DNA of 64,000 nt, taken from contig OZ024751.1 in NCBI GenBank assembly GCA_964016885.1, positions 7,006,001-7,070,000 of the forward strand. Direction: 5' to 3'. Source of the stretch: Eledone cirrhosa. Lineage: Eukaryota. This document shows, one piece after another, positions 26,091-39,883 of this stretch. The position numbers and the translations under genes were made by a program. The notes under the pieces were generated by a model that saw nothing but the letters and a program-made list of their open reading frames with translations, searched no databases and was not told the origin of the DNA. Positions within the stretch are counted from its first letter, which is position 1, and the number at the start of each line of letters is the position of its first letter.

Positions 26091-27335
26091 ATCATCATCA
26101 TCATCATCAACGTTTAACGTCCGTGTTCCACGCTTGCATGGGTTTGGACGGGGGTAGTCCCACTTGAGGCAAGAGTGATTGTCTTGCTCGCATAGGACTG
26201 TCTGGCAGGTTTTCTACAGTTGGATGCCCTTCCTAACACCAACCACATTTACAGTGTGGGTCTGGGAGGTTTTTACCGTGTTGCCTACACGGCCACATTA
26301 CAGCGTGGACTGTGTGTTTTTTTGTCGTGACACCTACACGATCTCATTTGTTTCGGCCTCGATGGCGCGGCACCAACATAACTTTACATAGAACGGGGTG
26401 GTGTGGATCGGGTGGGGGTGGTGGGACGGGGTGTATTTGTTAGAGATGCCTACTGGCTGGAGTAGGTTTTACTATATATTTAGGTAAGGCGGGTCTTCTC
26501 TGTTACTGAGTACCGCCAAAGGTCTCGGTCCAGTGACATTGTCTTGGAGAGGTGTAAGTGTGTGATGTCGGAGTTTATCAGCTCGTCCCAGGTTTTTCTA
26601 GGTCTGCCTATTCCGTGACTACCGTCTATCTTTATTGCCCTGCACTTTGTTATACAGCTATCGACTTTCATGCGCATCACGTGTCCATACCAACGTAGCC
26701 TTCTCTCGAGTAAACAACATCTGATCCCTCTTATCTCTAATTTATTCCTTAGTTCGTTTATGCTTTGCCGTTCACGTATATTACTGTTACACATCCAGCG
26801 GAGCATGCAAGCTTCGTTCCTCTCTAGTCTGCGTATATCCTCTGCACACAATGCCCAGGTCTCACTGCCATGCAGCATTGCTGTTCGTATGCAGGCATCG
26901 TACAACCTGCCTTTCATTTTTAGTGAGAACCCTTTAGCAGCTAATAGTGGTATAAGCTCTCTGAACTTTTTCCAACCAGTTCTGACTCTAGCTACAGTAC
27001 TTTCAGAGCACCCTCCCCCACTGCTGATTTTATCGCCCAGGTAACGGAAGCTGTCCACTATTTCTATAGAACCCTCTGCGCAATTGAAAGAGCTAGTAGT
27101 TTTTGGGCACTTGCTGCTACTTATTGCACCAGAGCACCGGCCACATGTAAAATCTATGTTCTTAGTTAGCCTACCTGTGATCCCACTACATCTTTTATGC
27201 ACCCATACTTTGCATTTAGGACATAAAATGGAGTTTCTACCTACGCCTTTCCTACACACCGAGCACGACCATTTCCCAGAAGGGACCGCCGCCTTGTTTT
27301 CTTTCCTACAAACTAGTACTTTGGTCTTACGTTTA
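26091..27335 (-). mobile_element. 5'-truncated RTE-clade LINE: C-terminal part of the RT ORF with an embedded PHD-like Cys finger, 3' UTR and (GAT)n tail
   Basis: [81 protein letters not shown]; (atc)n tail at 26091-26108. Confidence 0.9.
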
Positions 27336-27345
27336 CATATATATA

Positions 27346-27509
<164 letters not shown>

Positions 27510-27528
27510 GCTTACATATATATATATT

Positions 27529-27577
<49 letters not shown>

Positions 27578-27880
27578 AAGAGTTAAACAATTTCAATGAG
27601 TATATCAAAAAATGAGTTTTACACTAATTTGGAAGCATTCTATGGAAAAATAAATGAGATGTTTTCCTAGATAATAATAAATTGTAGTGTCATACATATT
27701 AAAATCTCTAACTGTTACATTAAGCAACGTTTTTCTTACTCACACATTCTCTATTGAATTTATTATGTTTTCGCATTTTCTCATTTGTACAGTTTAAATG
27801 TTTAATTTTCTCTTAGGTTAATCACTACCTTGATTAAATCTTAACCATTTAACATCTCAGGGTATGTCATGTATCATTAT

Positions 27881-27933
27881 ATTTTGTCTGATGAGGACGT
27901 ACTGCTGTACATCAGAAATATGTATAATAAAAT
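27881..27933 (+). ncRNA. Type I hammerhead ribozyme in a TA-flanked insert (27575-27978)
   Basis: attttgt-CTGATGA-g-ga-c-gtac-tgct-gtac-a-tc-a-GAAA-tatgta-TA-ataaaat. Confidence 0.75.
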
Positions 27934-27973
27934 GTAATTGATGAAAAGAATATATATTTAATTAATATTTGTA

Positions 27974-28086
<113 letters not shown>

Positions 28087-28151
28087 GAAATGTATAGTAA
28101 TTGTTGTGGCGAGAAGCTAACAGTATTCCAGAACATATATATATATTCCAT

Positions 28152-28195
<44 letters not shown>

Positions 28196-28199
<4 letters not shown>

Positions 28200-28398
28200 T
28201 ACTTGTGGAGGGTCATATTTGTGTAATATTGCCAGAATTAATAACAGAACACACTCACTGTTTGGTTGGTTTTCGCTTTTCGCTTCTGTGTCTTTTATAT
28301 CGGTAATCTAATTTATTCGGTCCTCAATGTTGCAATTGACTGACCAACGGTCAAAAATAATACATATACAATATAGACACAAACACATATATATAGTG
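28196..28398 (-). mobile_element. 3' terminus of the 42780-44180 PLE family
   Basis: Reverse complement of ~43972-44176, starting at a (TA)n run. Confidence 0.85.
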
Positions 28399-28564
28399 TA
28401 TCTATATATATATGTGTTTAAACTTATATCTTAGTTCCTTGTTCTATTCTTTTAAAGTTTTATTTTAGTTTCTTGTCCTGTATTTTTAAAGGTTTATATT
28501 CCAACAATATTACTTTTTTTTTGCTGTACGCATTTTTCTATCTGGTATATATATATATATATAT

Positions 28565-29328
28565 AAAGAAAAAGAGATGAAATCGAAAATGCAACTGGAG
28601 TCTTATTTTTTTTAAAAATATATATATTTATTTGGTTCCTTTACCGGTTTCGCAGTTCTTCTGCTTTTCAAAAGGTGAGTTGAGATGGAGGGTCTGTGGT
28701 TTTTTTCACATCTGGTTGGTCTCTGAATGTTACTTGTTTTATATGGAAAAAGTGGCTCGAAATGCCAGGTTTTTCGAGAAGTAATTTGATTGGTTTGTCA
28801 ATAATTATAATAAATTTCGCGCCAGTTCGCGTTACAATAGTTCTTCAAATAAGAGAGGGGGGGGGGGGTTGTCACAGGTTGTTTTTTCATATATGAGTGT
28901 TTGAATTTCTTTTTATTTGAAAGTAAAAAGAAATTCAAACACTCATATATGAAAAAACAACCTGTGACAAACCCCCTCTCTTATTTGAAGAACGATTGTA
29001 ACGCGAACTGGCGCGAAATTTATTATAATTATTGACAAACCAATCAAATTACTTCTCGAAAAACCTGGCATTTCGAGCAACTTTTTCCATATAAAACAAG
29101 TAACATTCAGAGACCAACCAGATGTGAGAAAAACCACAGACCCTCCATCTCAACTCACCTTTTGAAAAGCAGAAGAACTGCGAAACCGGTAAAGGAACCA
29201 AATAAATGTATATATTTAAAAAAAAAATAAGACTCCAGTTGCATTTTCGATTTCATCTCTTTTTCTTTATACTTTCACCCGTGTAGGACACCTCGGTTAT
29301 TTTTCATTTTGTAAAAAAACCCTCACCC

Positions 29329-29333
<5 letters not shown>
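28565..29333. mobile_element. Fold-back (palindromic) pLTR of the Neptune-like family with two oppositely oriented U3-A8 HHRs
   Basis: 28565-~28912 is the reverse complement of ~28926-29270, followed by an extra 3' tail to 29333. (TA)n on both sides; homologous to 13490-13872. Confidence 0.88.
29158..29195 (+). ncRNA. Minimal type I hammerhead ribozyme, U3-A8 core (identical minus copy at 28638-28675)
   Basis: cctt-TTGAAAA-gcag-aagaa-ctgc-GAAA-ccgg-TA-aagg. Palindromic stem III ACCGGT, GUA triplet, AATAAA shortly downstream. Confidence 0.8.
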
Positions 29334-29384
<51 letters not shown>

Positions 29385-29535
29385 CTATATATATATATAT
29401 ATCGCTAGATATATATATATATATATATCGCTATATATATCGCTATATATATATATATATATATATATTGCTGTATATATATATATATATATATATCATA
29501 TATCTATATATATAGATATATAGATATATCAGAAA

Positions 29536-29576
<41 letters not shown>

Positions 29577-29579
<3 letters not shown>

Positions 29580-29763
29580 GTTTCTACTTTTGGCACAAGG
29601 CCATCAATCACCCAGTACATTACTGGTACTTTATTTTATCGACCCCGTAAGGATGAAAGGGAAAGTTAACCTCGGCGGGATTTGAACTCAGACCGTAAAG
29701 GGACTCAACTATGCTGGAAAGCATGGCGTCCGACCCTCTACCAATACTGTCAATCCACCGCCC
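29577..29763 (-). mobile_element. Meta-type tRNA-derived SINE
   Basis: Full-length reverse-complement copy of the 22280-22466 SINE. Confidence 0.85.
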
Positions 29764-29988
29764 TTATATATGTATATATATAATGGTACCTTGATTTACG
29801 AGTTTAATTCGTTCCGTGAAGAAGCTCGTAACACAAATTACTCGTATGTCAAATCAATTTCTCCATTTAAATCAATTGAAATGTCATTAATCCGTTCCGG
29901 GGCCCCAAAAAACACCGCAATTTTTTTTGTCACGTGTTTTTAAATAAGAAAACAGAACTCATAAATAACGAATATTGTATAAAAAATA

Positions 29989-30175
29989 TTTATTTCTACT
30001 TTAGGCACAAGGCCAGAAATTCCCCAGTGCATTACTGGTACTTTATTTTATCGACCCCGTAGGGATGAAAGGCAAAGTCAACCTCGGCGGGATTTGAACT
30101 CAGATCGTAAAGGGAAGTAACTATGCTGGTTAGGATGGCGTCCGACCCTCTACCGATACTGCCAATCCACCGCCC
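29989..30175 (-). mobile_element. Meta-type SINE inserted in the Tigger element with an 11 bp TSD
   Basis: tataaaaaata at 29978-29988 and 30176-30186 flanks the SINE. Confidence 0.85.
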
Positions 30176-30316
30176 TATAAAAAATAATAATACCATAGAA
30201 TGTGCTGCAGTAAACTGATTTTATTAAGTACAATGTACACCATTTATCTTGGAGATCAGATGATTTGAGGATGTTGATGGAGGTGGAGGACGAAGGCTGA
30301 ACTGAATAACTGAATC

Positions 30317-32025
30317 TTATTCGCTGACTTTTGTCCTTTTCGCCACGCTTTCCTCACTTTTATCTGCAGGAGTTTTCGATAAAAACCTGTCTACTGAGGT
30401 TTGTTTTATTCTCCCTCTCAGAATGTTTCTGAAATGAGTTAGGCAATATTCATTAATAGCGCTGTCGTAAGCCCAGTTGCAACTTTTTCCGGGTATTTGT
30501 TTTGAATAAATTCTGAAAGTTTCTCGCACATTTTTTCCCCAATATTTCCTATATCTCACATGTAGAGAGAACCTCCTCCGTGTCACCTATTTCCTGCAAC
30601 ACCTCCGTGTGCTGCTGCATCTGTAGCACCTTTAGCTCCTTCGTTGTCAGTTCCTCGGAGTGCTCCTGGATGAGCTCATTGATTTCACCTTCATCCATGT
30701 CCAGGTCTATGGACTTGCCAATGTATACAATCTCTTCCACTAATGCCGCTTCGGGTTCTAGTCTTTCGAAGTCCGTTTCAGACACAACCTCAGGCCACTG
30801 CTTCTTCCACGCAGAAGTCGATGTTCTGTTTGTAACACCTTGCCAGGACATATCGATAATTGTGAGGCATATCACGATGTTATAGTGGTCCTTCCAGAAC
30901 TCCCTAAGGGTGAGGTTTGTGCTCTCGGTCACCTGAAGGCAGCGGCAGAACAGGTGCTTGGTGAAGAGCTGCTTGAAATCATTTGAAATCACCTGTTGGT
31001 CCGTGGGCTGCAGGATAGGGGTAGTGTTGGGTGGAAGTTATAAACATTTATAAACTTGATCTCTTCGAGGATGTCGTCTTCGAGTTTAGGTGGGTGAGCA
31101 GGTTCATTGCGCATGACAAGAAGGGCTTGCAGAGGTAGGTTATTTTCCTGGAGATATTTCTTAACATCAAGACCAAAGACCAAATTCACCCACTCCACAA
31201 AGGATTTCCTGGTGACCCACGCCCTCGGGTTTGCCCCCCACACAACCTGCAGTTTTTTTCTTTCAGAATATTATGTGGCTCTGGGGTTTTCCGCATGATA
31301 AACGAGCAGCGGCTTAATCTTGCAGTCGCGGCTCGCATTGGCACAGTGTGAGGGTTAACCTATCCTTCATGGTGTGTGGCCTGGCATCCTCTTCTTCTCT
31401 GCCATTATATAAGTCGACCTTGGCATCTTCTTCCAAAATAGTTGTGTGTTGTCACATATGAAGAATTGCTGAGGGATGTATCCTTCGGTTGCTATAATTC
31501 CGGCAAACGTTTTGAGGTAATCCTCAGCTGCATTCATATCCGCACTCGTTGCCACACCATGTCTGACAAAGGAGTGAATGCTGGACCACTTTTTAAAATT
31601 CTCGCACCAGCCCGACTGGCTTTAAACGGTTTGCCCTATGCCTCGTCCGTCGAAGTACCTGGGGTCTGCTGCAGCAAACAGCGTAAAAAGCTCGTGCCTT
31701 CATGCAGATTATAGTCTCCGTCAAGGTATCTATTGCGAGCTGCTTCTCCGTCAAACACACTATCATCAGCTTTTCCATATTTTCATGGATAGATGTCCGC
31801 TGTTTAGATATTATTTTAAATCCCTTGGCTGGCGTTATAGATTTTATCGACTCTGTCTTCTTCAGTATGGTGCAGATCGTAAAAGTGCTACGCTCGTACT
31901 GCTTCGCCAAGTCGACTACACGCATACCATGATCGTTTATCGTTAATTTCTTTCTTTAATTCAATACACATCATCCGCTTCTTCTTCTCAGAACTGCCCT
32001 TCGTGCTCACTTTCTGCCGATCCAT
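30317..32025 (-). pseudogene. Frameshifted Tigger-type (CENP-B-like HTH + DDE_1) transposase
   Basis: KKKRMMCIELKKEI, DLAKQYERSTFTICTILK, QQFFICDNTQLFWKKMPRSTYI, WGANPRAWVT, LLVMRNEPAHP, TLREFWKDHYNI across several frames. Confidence 0.88.
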
Positions 32026-32694
32026 GGGATGCTGGGCAGATTTACGGTGTTCACTGTGGCGGTCGCTACGCCAACTAGCGGTGGTGTATCTGAAGTTGTC
32101 TCGTAAACCTAAATTTAGCTCGCAACTCAAAACAAAAAATCGGCCGAGAGGCGGCTCGTATCTCGAAAGAAAACCGTTAGTTGGGACACTCGTAAGTCAA
32201 GATACCACTGTATATATACATACATACGTAGCTATACATACATGCATACATATGCACGTACATATATGAATGTGGTCAATAACAACGTATGTATTTTTAA
32301 CGCGGAATCGCATACATATAATTTATATTGCTTTAAGGTTAATACTGTTTATTGTAGACCAGCAAATTATTTGGATTTAGAACGTTCAAATATTTGTATG
32401 GCATTTATTGATATTTAGCTCCATGCAAATCAAGTATGCATGCCCACACATCTATATATGTATATATGTACATATATATATATATGTATATTCATTAAAC
32501 TTTAATCTGTTATTTTAATAAATATTTACTCTAGGGTTCCTATATATTTGATATATATTTATCCTTATCGAGACCTCTTTGGATTTTAGTCTTCACATTT
32601 ATTATTATTACTATATATATACACACACACACATATATATATATATTATATATATATATATATATATATGTATATTTATATATTTGTGTATATG

Positions 32695-32725
<31 letters not shown>

Positions 32726-32785
32726 ATGTATATATATGTGTGTGTATATGTATATATATATATCTATATATATATATTTATATAT

Positions 32786-32818
<33 letters not shown>

Positions 32819-32886
32819 CATGTATATACATATATATTTACACGTATATATATATATGTATATATATGTACATGTATAAGTATGTA

Positions 32887-33756
32887 CTAGCTGCAGTACC
32901 CGGTATTACCTATGGAAGTTGGGGTTATTCACAGTTCCCAGAGTACGCCTGAAAGTGCTAGCGACCCTGGATTCCCATACTGGATTTTTAATAGCATCCT
33001 TTGCTATGTGTGTTTATGGCAGATCAATTTGTTCTGTGGAACTATCAATAGTTGTTTAAGTCATAAGTCCTTCTTCCATGCAGCTTTCTTTATTCAGAAT
33101 GAATAAGCCGGGCAAGTTTTATCTCGAAGAGTATTGAACTTTTTCAACAAACTTATGTATAAGAATAGCAAAGTTACTGCCTGAACGCTCAAGAACCTAC
33201 ACAAAACAATTGAGGATGTCAATACAATTATTGAAGAAATTATAGCTGAGTGAACATAATCAGGTACTGTTGAAGCACGCTGTATATCACGATTTTTAAG
33301 GCCCTTCGAATGACTGAAAAAATTCAATAAAACCATTCCGTTTTACCCCTTTAGTAGACATAACCCGAGAAAACACAACATAATAAGTCGGATAAATAAT
33401 CAGAAGTGTTGTCCTTATAGAGGGCCTTGAAACCTTCACTGTTGTAAAGTGTCAATAATGGGGGAGAATTTACATTTACTTAATTTGTGTTAAACTTCCA
33501 ACGATCCGACATCTCGAAATATCGACAAAATAAATTCTACTTTCAAAGACGGCATATTACAAGTTACAATTAACATGGTGGGAGTACGAATATTCGTCAA
33601 CATAGGATTTTGGTTTTACTCTTCGGACTAATCTCATGGTCAGCAAACTTCCAGGACATTGATCATCACACTTTTTTGTAACTTATCTCCGATACCTACA
33701 GTTGACCTTAATGTGACCTAATCATGTGCACGTGTTTAGAATCCATATCAGTGGAT

Positions 33757-33809
<53 letters not shown>

Positions 33810-34175
33810 ACATCTGTTCAGTCGTCAACCAAAATTAGATTGTCGTCTGCTTTGTTTGTGATTAATTTATATACACTTCTAATAAGTTGTTGCCTCGTTT
33901 TGGAGGACTGGGTTGTAGGAGGATGAAGGGGAGTAGTGGGAGCGAGAGTTTAACATATAGTAGTAGTATATCATATTCCTCCTCTCTCACTGAAATGTCT
34001 TCTCATTCCAGCTCCATTGTAAAGATGTCCCCCGGTGTTCCATTAATGATTTTTATTGAAATCCAATTAGCCAGATCTGTTTCTGAATATTAACTTAAGA
34101 TTCATCAGGATCAGATCCCCGGTGTAGTCAACAACTGGTTACACACAGATACACAGAAATTGCCATATACATATA
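32887..34175 (-). mobile_element. Possible degenerate non-autonomous Helitron
   Basis: a|ctagctgcagtacccgg at 32887 resembles the 3' CTAG end of the 35000 Helitron; acacacagatacacagaaattgcc near 34140-34165 resembles a 5' end. The terminal hairpin is imperfect. Confidence 0.35.
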
Positions 34176-34187
34176 TATATGTGTGTG

Positions 34188-34252
<65 letters not shown>

Positions 34253-34258
<6 letters not shown>

Positions 34259-34865
34259 CGTAAAATAAGAAAATTATAAAATTAACTTACTTACTAAAAT
34301 TTCACTCCCAACTAATTTGTTTCTGAAAGGGAATAAACATACTTTCCGAAGAAGTGTACAGAGAAGCCTTTCGTCATCAGGGAAGTCTATTCTCAGCTAA
34401 GTTTCCAGGCAATACGTGGACACTGGGAACTTATACAAAAATAATTCAGTGGATAGAAAAAAGCAAAGCGTGGACTAAATTCCTAGCCATTGAGAAAATC
34501 ACTGCCTACTGCGTCGGTGGCAAATTCAAAAGAATCAATCACGTAACATCGAGGTCAATCAGTGGAAAGTGGTTTGTTAAGAAGACAGCAGCCTGACTGT
34601 TACCATAGCAGCAGTCTTGGCCAATTTTTCTCGACAAATAATTTGGAGATAATTATAAAGAATTAGTATATCTAGTAACATATATATACACACAGATGCA
34701 TACCTATGCTAGCAAATATATATGTTTTGTCTTAGTAACTTTGTGGTTCAATGCATGGGGTTGCAGAACAATAATATGAGAGACGTAAAATAAGAAAATT
34801 ATAAAATTAACTTACTTACTAAAATTTCACTCCCATTTTAGTAAGTAAGTTAATTTTATAATTTA
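34253..34865 (-). mobile_element. Non-coding HHR element, 525 bp monomer plus partial repeat and small inversion; diverged relative of the 563 bp array
   Basis: gagacgtaaaataagaaaa repeated at 34255 and 34780; inversion at 34836-34865. Shares gaatagacttcc-CTGATGA-cg, cagtgtcc.cg.attgcctgga.actta.ctgagaatag and ttgttctgca with the 60404 array; abuts (TA)n. Confidence 0.85.
34304..34386 (-). ncRNA. Type I hammerhead ribozyme
   Basis: acttcc-CTGATGA-c-gaaagg...cctttc-a-GAAA-caaattag-TT-gggagt. Confidence 0.8.
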
Positions 34866-34999
34866 TGCCTTCTAATTATAATTGTAATTGTAAATAATTG
34901 CGCCCAGTGCCGTGACATCAACAGACAGCTCCTTACATAATAAGGTTATGTTTTCGAGGCAATCCGTCGTACGAAGATATTGTTTACATTTATCGTGTA

Positions 35000-36025
35000 C
35001 TAGCAGTAAAGCCCGGCGTTGCTCGGGGTCGCTCAGTAGCTGTGTTAAAGTTACAATGTTAAGTTTCTTTCTTGGCTTAAAAACTGTAGTGTCTACTGTG
35101 CAGACTTGCATGTGGTGTTTTTGATTAATATTCCCTCAACCAACAATATGCCTTATGAAGTTAAGAAAACATAACGATAACCCGAATGTTATAACAAAAG
35201 AGGATGCTGGGGATAGAAACTGCACTGGTTATTTATTAACAAAGATCGAAAATGTAAACACTGCAACGCAGAGAAAAACATTAGCGTAACCAAATTATCA
35301 GTTATGTCTGTCTGCACGCCTATATCACCTCTCTGCACGACTGTCTGTCTGCACGCCTATATCACCTCTCTGCACGACTGTCTGTCTGCACGCCTATATC
35401 ACCTCTCTGCACGACTGTCTGTCTGCTCGCCTATATCACCTCTCTGCACGACTGTCTGTCTGCACGCCTATATCACCTCTCTGCACGACTATCAGTCTGC
35501 ACGCGTATATCACCTCTCTGCACGACTGTCTGTCTGCACGACTGTCTGTCTGCACGCCTAACGACGAAATATTTGCTTGTTTTACGTAGTCTTTAAATAG
35601 ACTTGTTTTCAAGTAAAAATATTGTTTTAAAATGCTTTTAAATGGAAATGAAGCAAAACGGAAGCTTAGTGTTCGAACTGATGAATTTTGCAGGTCAATA
35701 TTTTGCTGGCTCGACAACTGTTTGTTCGTGTATTGTGTTAATGTCATTTTAAACGCTGAGAAAGCCAGCGTAATTTTTTACGTAAGACGCTCAATGTAAA
35801 CAGAACAAAGGGAAATAACTGATAACTTACGCTCAAAAATCGATACATTATATTCGATTTCGTCACATAGGGTGGGTCAATTTGAAATATTATTTTTCCG
35901 ATGTCTTCGCTAGGGCTCAATGTACAAGTATAGCAATTTCGGTACAATTCCGTGAGAGATTCTAAGAGGAGATGTGTGCCAAAAATCGATAGACAGACAG
36001 ACAACCACAGTTTTATATATAGAGA
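35000..36025 (-). mobile_element. Non-autonomous Helitron
   Basis: Minus strand starts A|TCTCTATATATAAAAC..(CTGT)n and ends with the hairpin cccg-agcaacgc-cggg, a short spacer, then CTAG|T. Inserted between A and T with no TSD. Confidence 0.85.
35305..35560 (+). repeat. 37 bp minisatellite (~7 copies) inside the Helitron
   Basis: Unit tgtctgtctgcacgcctatatcacctctctgcacgac at 35305, 35342, 35379 and onward. Confidence 0.95.
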
Positions 36026-36885
36026 TAAGTTTCGTTTTATCTAAATTGAGTAATAATCTGTATTTAACTTGATTGCAGTAAAATTTGGTTGAATCGAAAT
36101 ATTAATACTCTCAAGTATAAATATAACGAATAATTAATCATATATGTAATTGACAAATATCGATCTAAATAGTATTGTTTATATAAAATGTTTATACAAA
36201 TGCTAATATATAAGTAAGATAAGTTTAATATCATATTTACTATATTTGTAAGGACCATTGTTAGTTAATAATATTTAGAATTTTGAATTTTATAACTTAA
36301 TTAATGAATGTATTTACTAATTTAAATTTGCTCCAGATTATCTTTGAAAATATGTTATATTATCTTATATCACTTTATATTGTTTTAATTTTGATATAAT
36401 ATAATAGTATAATTTCTTTTAAATATTATAGAGTAAAAATTTCACGGTATTTAATTGATCGTTTCTACCTAACTTAATATTTGAAAAAAAACGGTCACGC
36501 ATCATATTCCTCTATTCTCCTTATGCAATTATGTTATACCATCTATATCTCCCTTTCTTCGTTTTTATCTTCACCTCTCTATCTTTTCCTTTTCTCCTCT
36601 ATTTAGCAATCTCTCCGATTTGTTTTTTTTTCTCTAATACGGATATTTACATATTTAATTATTTAAATATTTAACAGTTATGTACTGACGTGTTTATATA
36701 TTTTACTTATATATATATGTATTTATTTTATTTTTTTCTACACATATTCCTACGTACCCTATGAATTATATGTAGTTTGTCATGTTACTGCTTATGGTAT
36801 ATAAATATTGAGTTTTGTCATAACTAATCACTGCCAAGACTGGAATTGAACCATCAGCACAGTTGAGGTATGTCAGACATCAATT

Positions 36886-36951
36886 TATTTTATCTGATGA
36901 GGACGTACTGAGCAAACAGCACAGAACCTTTGAAATATATATAATAAAATA
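36886..36951 (+). ncRNA. Type I hammerhead ribozyme near the end of an AT-rich PLE-like 3' region
   Basis: tattttat-CTGATGA-ggacgtactgagcaaacagcacagaaccttt-GAAA-tatata-TA-ataaaata: 8 bp stem I, palindromic stem III, irregular stem II. Confidence 0.72.
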
Positions 36952-37090
36952 TAGTGATCACTTGAATGTCTATATTTATTAATATTTTGAATTAATATTA
37001 ATAACTCCAGAAAACTTCATTGTTGAGTGCTTCTCATCTATTGTAAAACTATATTAATTGATTAATCAATGAACGTTGTTTAACTTTTGG

Positions 37091-37817
<727 letters not shown>

Positions 37818-37911
37818 ATATATGTAGAAGTTATATTTAATTTGTTCGGATACAACAACCAAATATCTTTATAACTGATATAAAGCACTCAACACATTTT
37901 TGGCGTAAGAA

Positions 37912-38463
37912 TACAATATATTAACAAATGGAAACTATATTTATAAAACCATATTTATTTCATTATACATATTTCAAATTTAAACATTAGATAACATTCT
38001 CCGGTTATTACTATTTATTTATTTATTCATCGACGCTTTATTTATTTATTTACTCCAATATATATTTATCTTTTTGCGTCATCATCTCATAAAATTACGT
38101 TAATACAACACTCTCTCGCTTAGGGTTTTCTCTCTTTCTCTCTTTCTCTCTTTCTTTTGTTTTTCTTTCGTTCTTTCTTTTTCTTTTTTCCCTATTCCAA
38201 AAGCTTAATTTAAATGTATGGGATTTAAACCTCTCCGACACTAATTTGAATAATAGACCAATAATAAAATAAGTAACCCCACTATCCGGGAGCTTCCAAC
38301 CGATATGGTCGCATTCTTTAAGGCTATGTCAATATTTGTTTATAAAACTAATCTATATTATATTTTATGTGATGAAAGCACACCATAATTTGCTTTGGTG
38401 TCCTTGAAATATGTATAATGTAATAAATATGGTTTTATAAATATAGTTTCCATTTGTTAATAT

Positions 38464-38467
<4 letters not shown>
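37912..38467 (+). mobile_element. PLE 3' fragment with an inverted terminal copy and an HHR with C3->G (38361-38425)
   Basis: 37912-37977 is the reverse complement of ~38404-38468. tattttat-GTGATGA-aagcacacca..tggtgtcctt-GAAA-tatgta-TA-atgtaata. Same family as the 21095 HHR. Confidence 0.7.
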
Positions 38468-38535
<68 letters not shown>

Positions 38536-38879
38536 CACATACATACATAACCATACATATATACATGCATATACACATATCAATATGTGCGAACCACTGG
38601 GAAGTAGTTCAGCAGCAGAAATAACAAATAAATGAATAAGATCAAAAAATTCAAAAAGTATATACATATAAGAACATCCAAATCAAAATCAAAATAAAGT
38701 CAAAAAGGTACGTGTTGACTACGAAAGTTGTGTGTGTGTCTCTCTAAAATACAAACAACTTAAAAACAAACAAATACACACGATATGCATATATATATAT
38801 AGGCGAGAGAGAGCAACTTTACGGACACGATTTTTGACAGCGGTAAGAAATTATTTTCTTATATCAAAGTTTAACGGGC

Positions 38880-39005
38880 TTCCACTGATGATTTATAAGT
38901 GCCCACCTAAATATATACTTACATGAATATATATTAGGCTTCTACATAAACTGGAAACATTCTCCCAAACTTGTAGAAAACTTATAATGAAACAATTGTT
39001 TGGAA
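38880..39005 (+). ncRNA. Type I hammerhead ribozyme with a branched ~95 nt stem II domain
   Basis: ttcca-CTGATGA-t-ttataag-[cctaaatata..tatattagg; ttctaca..tgtagaa]-cttataa-t-GAAA-caattg-TT-tggaa. Palindromic stem III ACAATTGT. Confidence 0.82.
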
Positions 39006-39883
39006 AGGGAGATATACTTTAACTTTAATTATATCTCATAAAATAATACAACTGGTTTTTCCACATTATACATATTGTTAGCACCCAAACACTTAAATTG
39101 GCTTTATATTTTAATATAACCTAATGTTTGTTGAGTGAGATGGTTACCAGTCAGAGTTTAGCTTTAAACTATCTCTGTTATTGTATTAAATATTTACTCT
39201 TGATTGGCCAGAGGTATTTATTTCCAGGTACCTTATGAATTTGACTTTCCGTATTTATTACTGTTGTGAAATATTGTGGCTTTTTTTTGGTTGTAACTTC
39301 TCTGTTTTTTAGCCTAAGAAAATATATATATATGCCTACGTATATAATTACATGCATATATTTATTTTCTTTTATTAATTGAGTTCTTTACACGAGGCAT
39401 AAATATTGGTTTTGAAATAACTAATTAACCCGCGTGTGTTTTATATTTTACTCTTAATTCGACCGGAGAATTATATTCCCATTTGCCCTTTATGGCATAA
39501 CTTTCTGCATTTACTGCGGTTATGAGAAGCGGTTCTTATTCGGGTACAACTTCTGATTTAGCCTAAGAAAATATCTATATGCGTGTGTAATTTATACAAG
39601 CATATATTTATTTTTTTTATTTTCAATTTAGTTCTTAAACACGTTGGATTGATAATGTTTTCAAAAAAACAAATTAACCCGCGTGTATATTATTATTTTT
39701 TTCCTCATTTCGTGGATCGTGGGTTGTCTCCCCTTCCCGCTTCGTGTCGCTATGATACTTCCTCAGTCAAAAACTGCTGGAATTATAAATTTGACGGTCA
39801 TTCGAGGCGAGAGAGAGCAACTTTACGGACACGATTTTTGACAGCGGTAAGAAATTATTTTCTTATATCAAAGTTTAACGGGC

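Larger units (their letters stand above)
29781..32210 (-). mobile_element. Tigger/pogo-family (Tc1/mariner superfamily) DNA transposon, degenerate
   Basis: Imperfect TIRs taatggtaccttgatttacgagt (29781) and actcgtaagtcaagataccactg (ending 32210), each flanked by TA; internal transposase remnants. Confidence 0.88.

Noticed and set aside
34065-34115. Minus-strand CTGATGA..GAAA-cagatctg resembling an HHR
   Set aside because: No UH cleavage site after the palindrome and no stem I complement.
35305-35560. 37 bp repeats as a CRISPR array
   Set aside because: Contiguous tandem units with no unique spacers, no cas genes, eukaryotic context.
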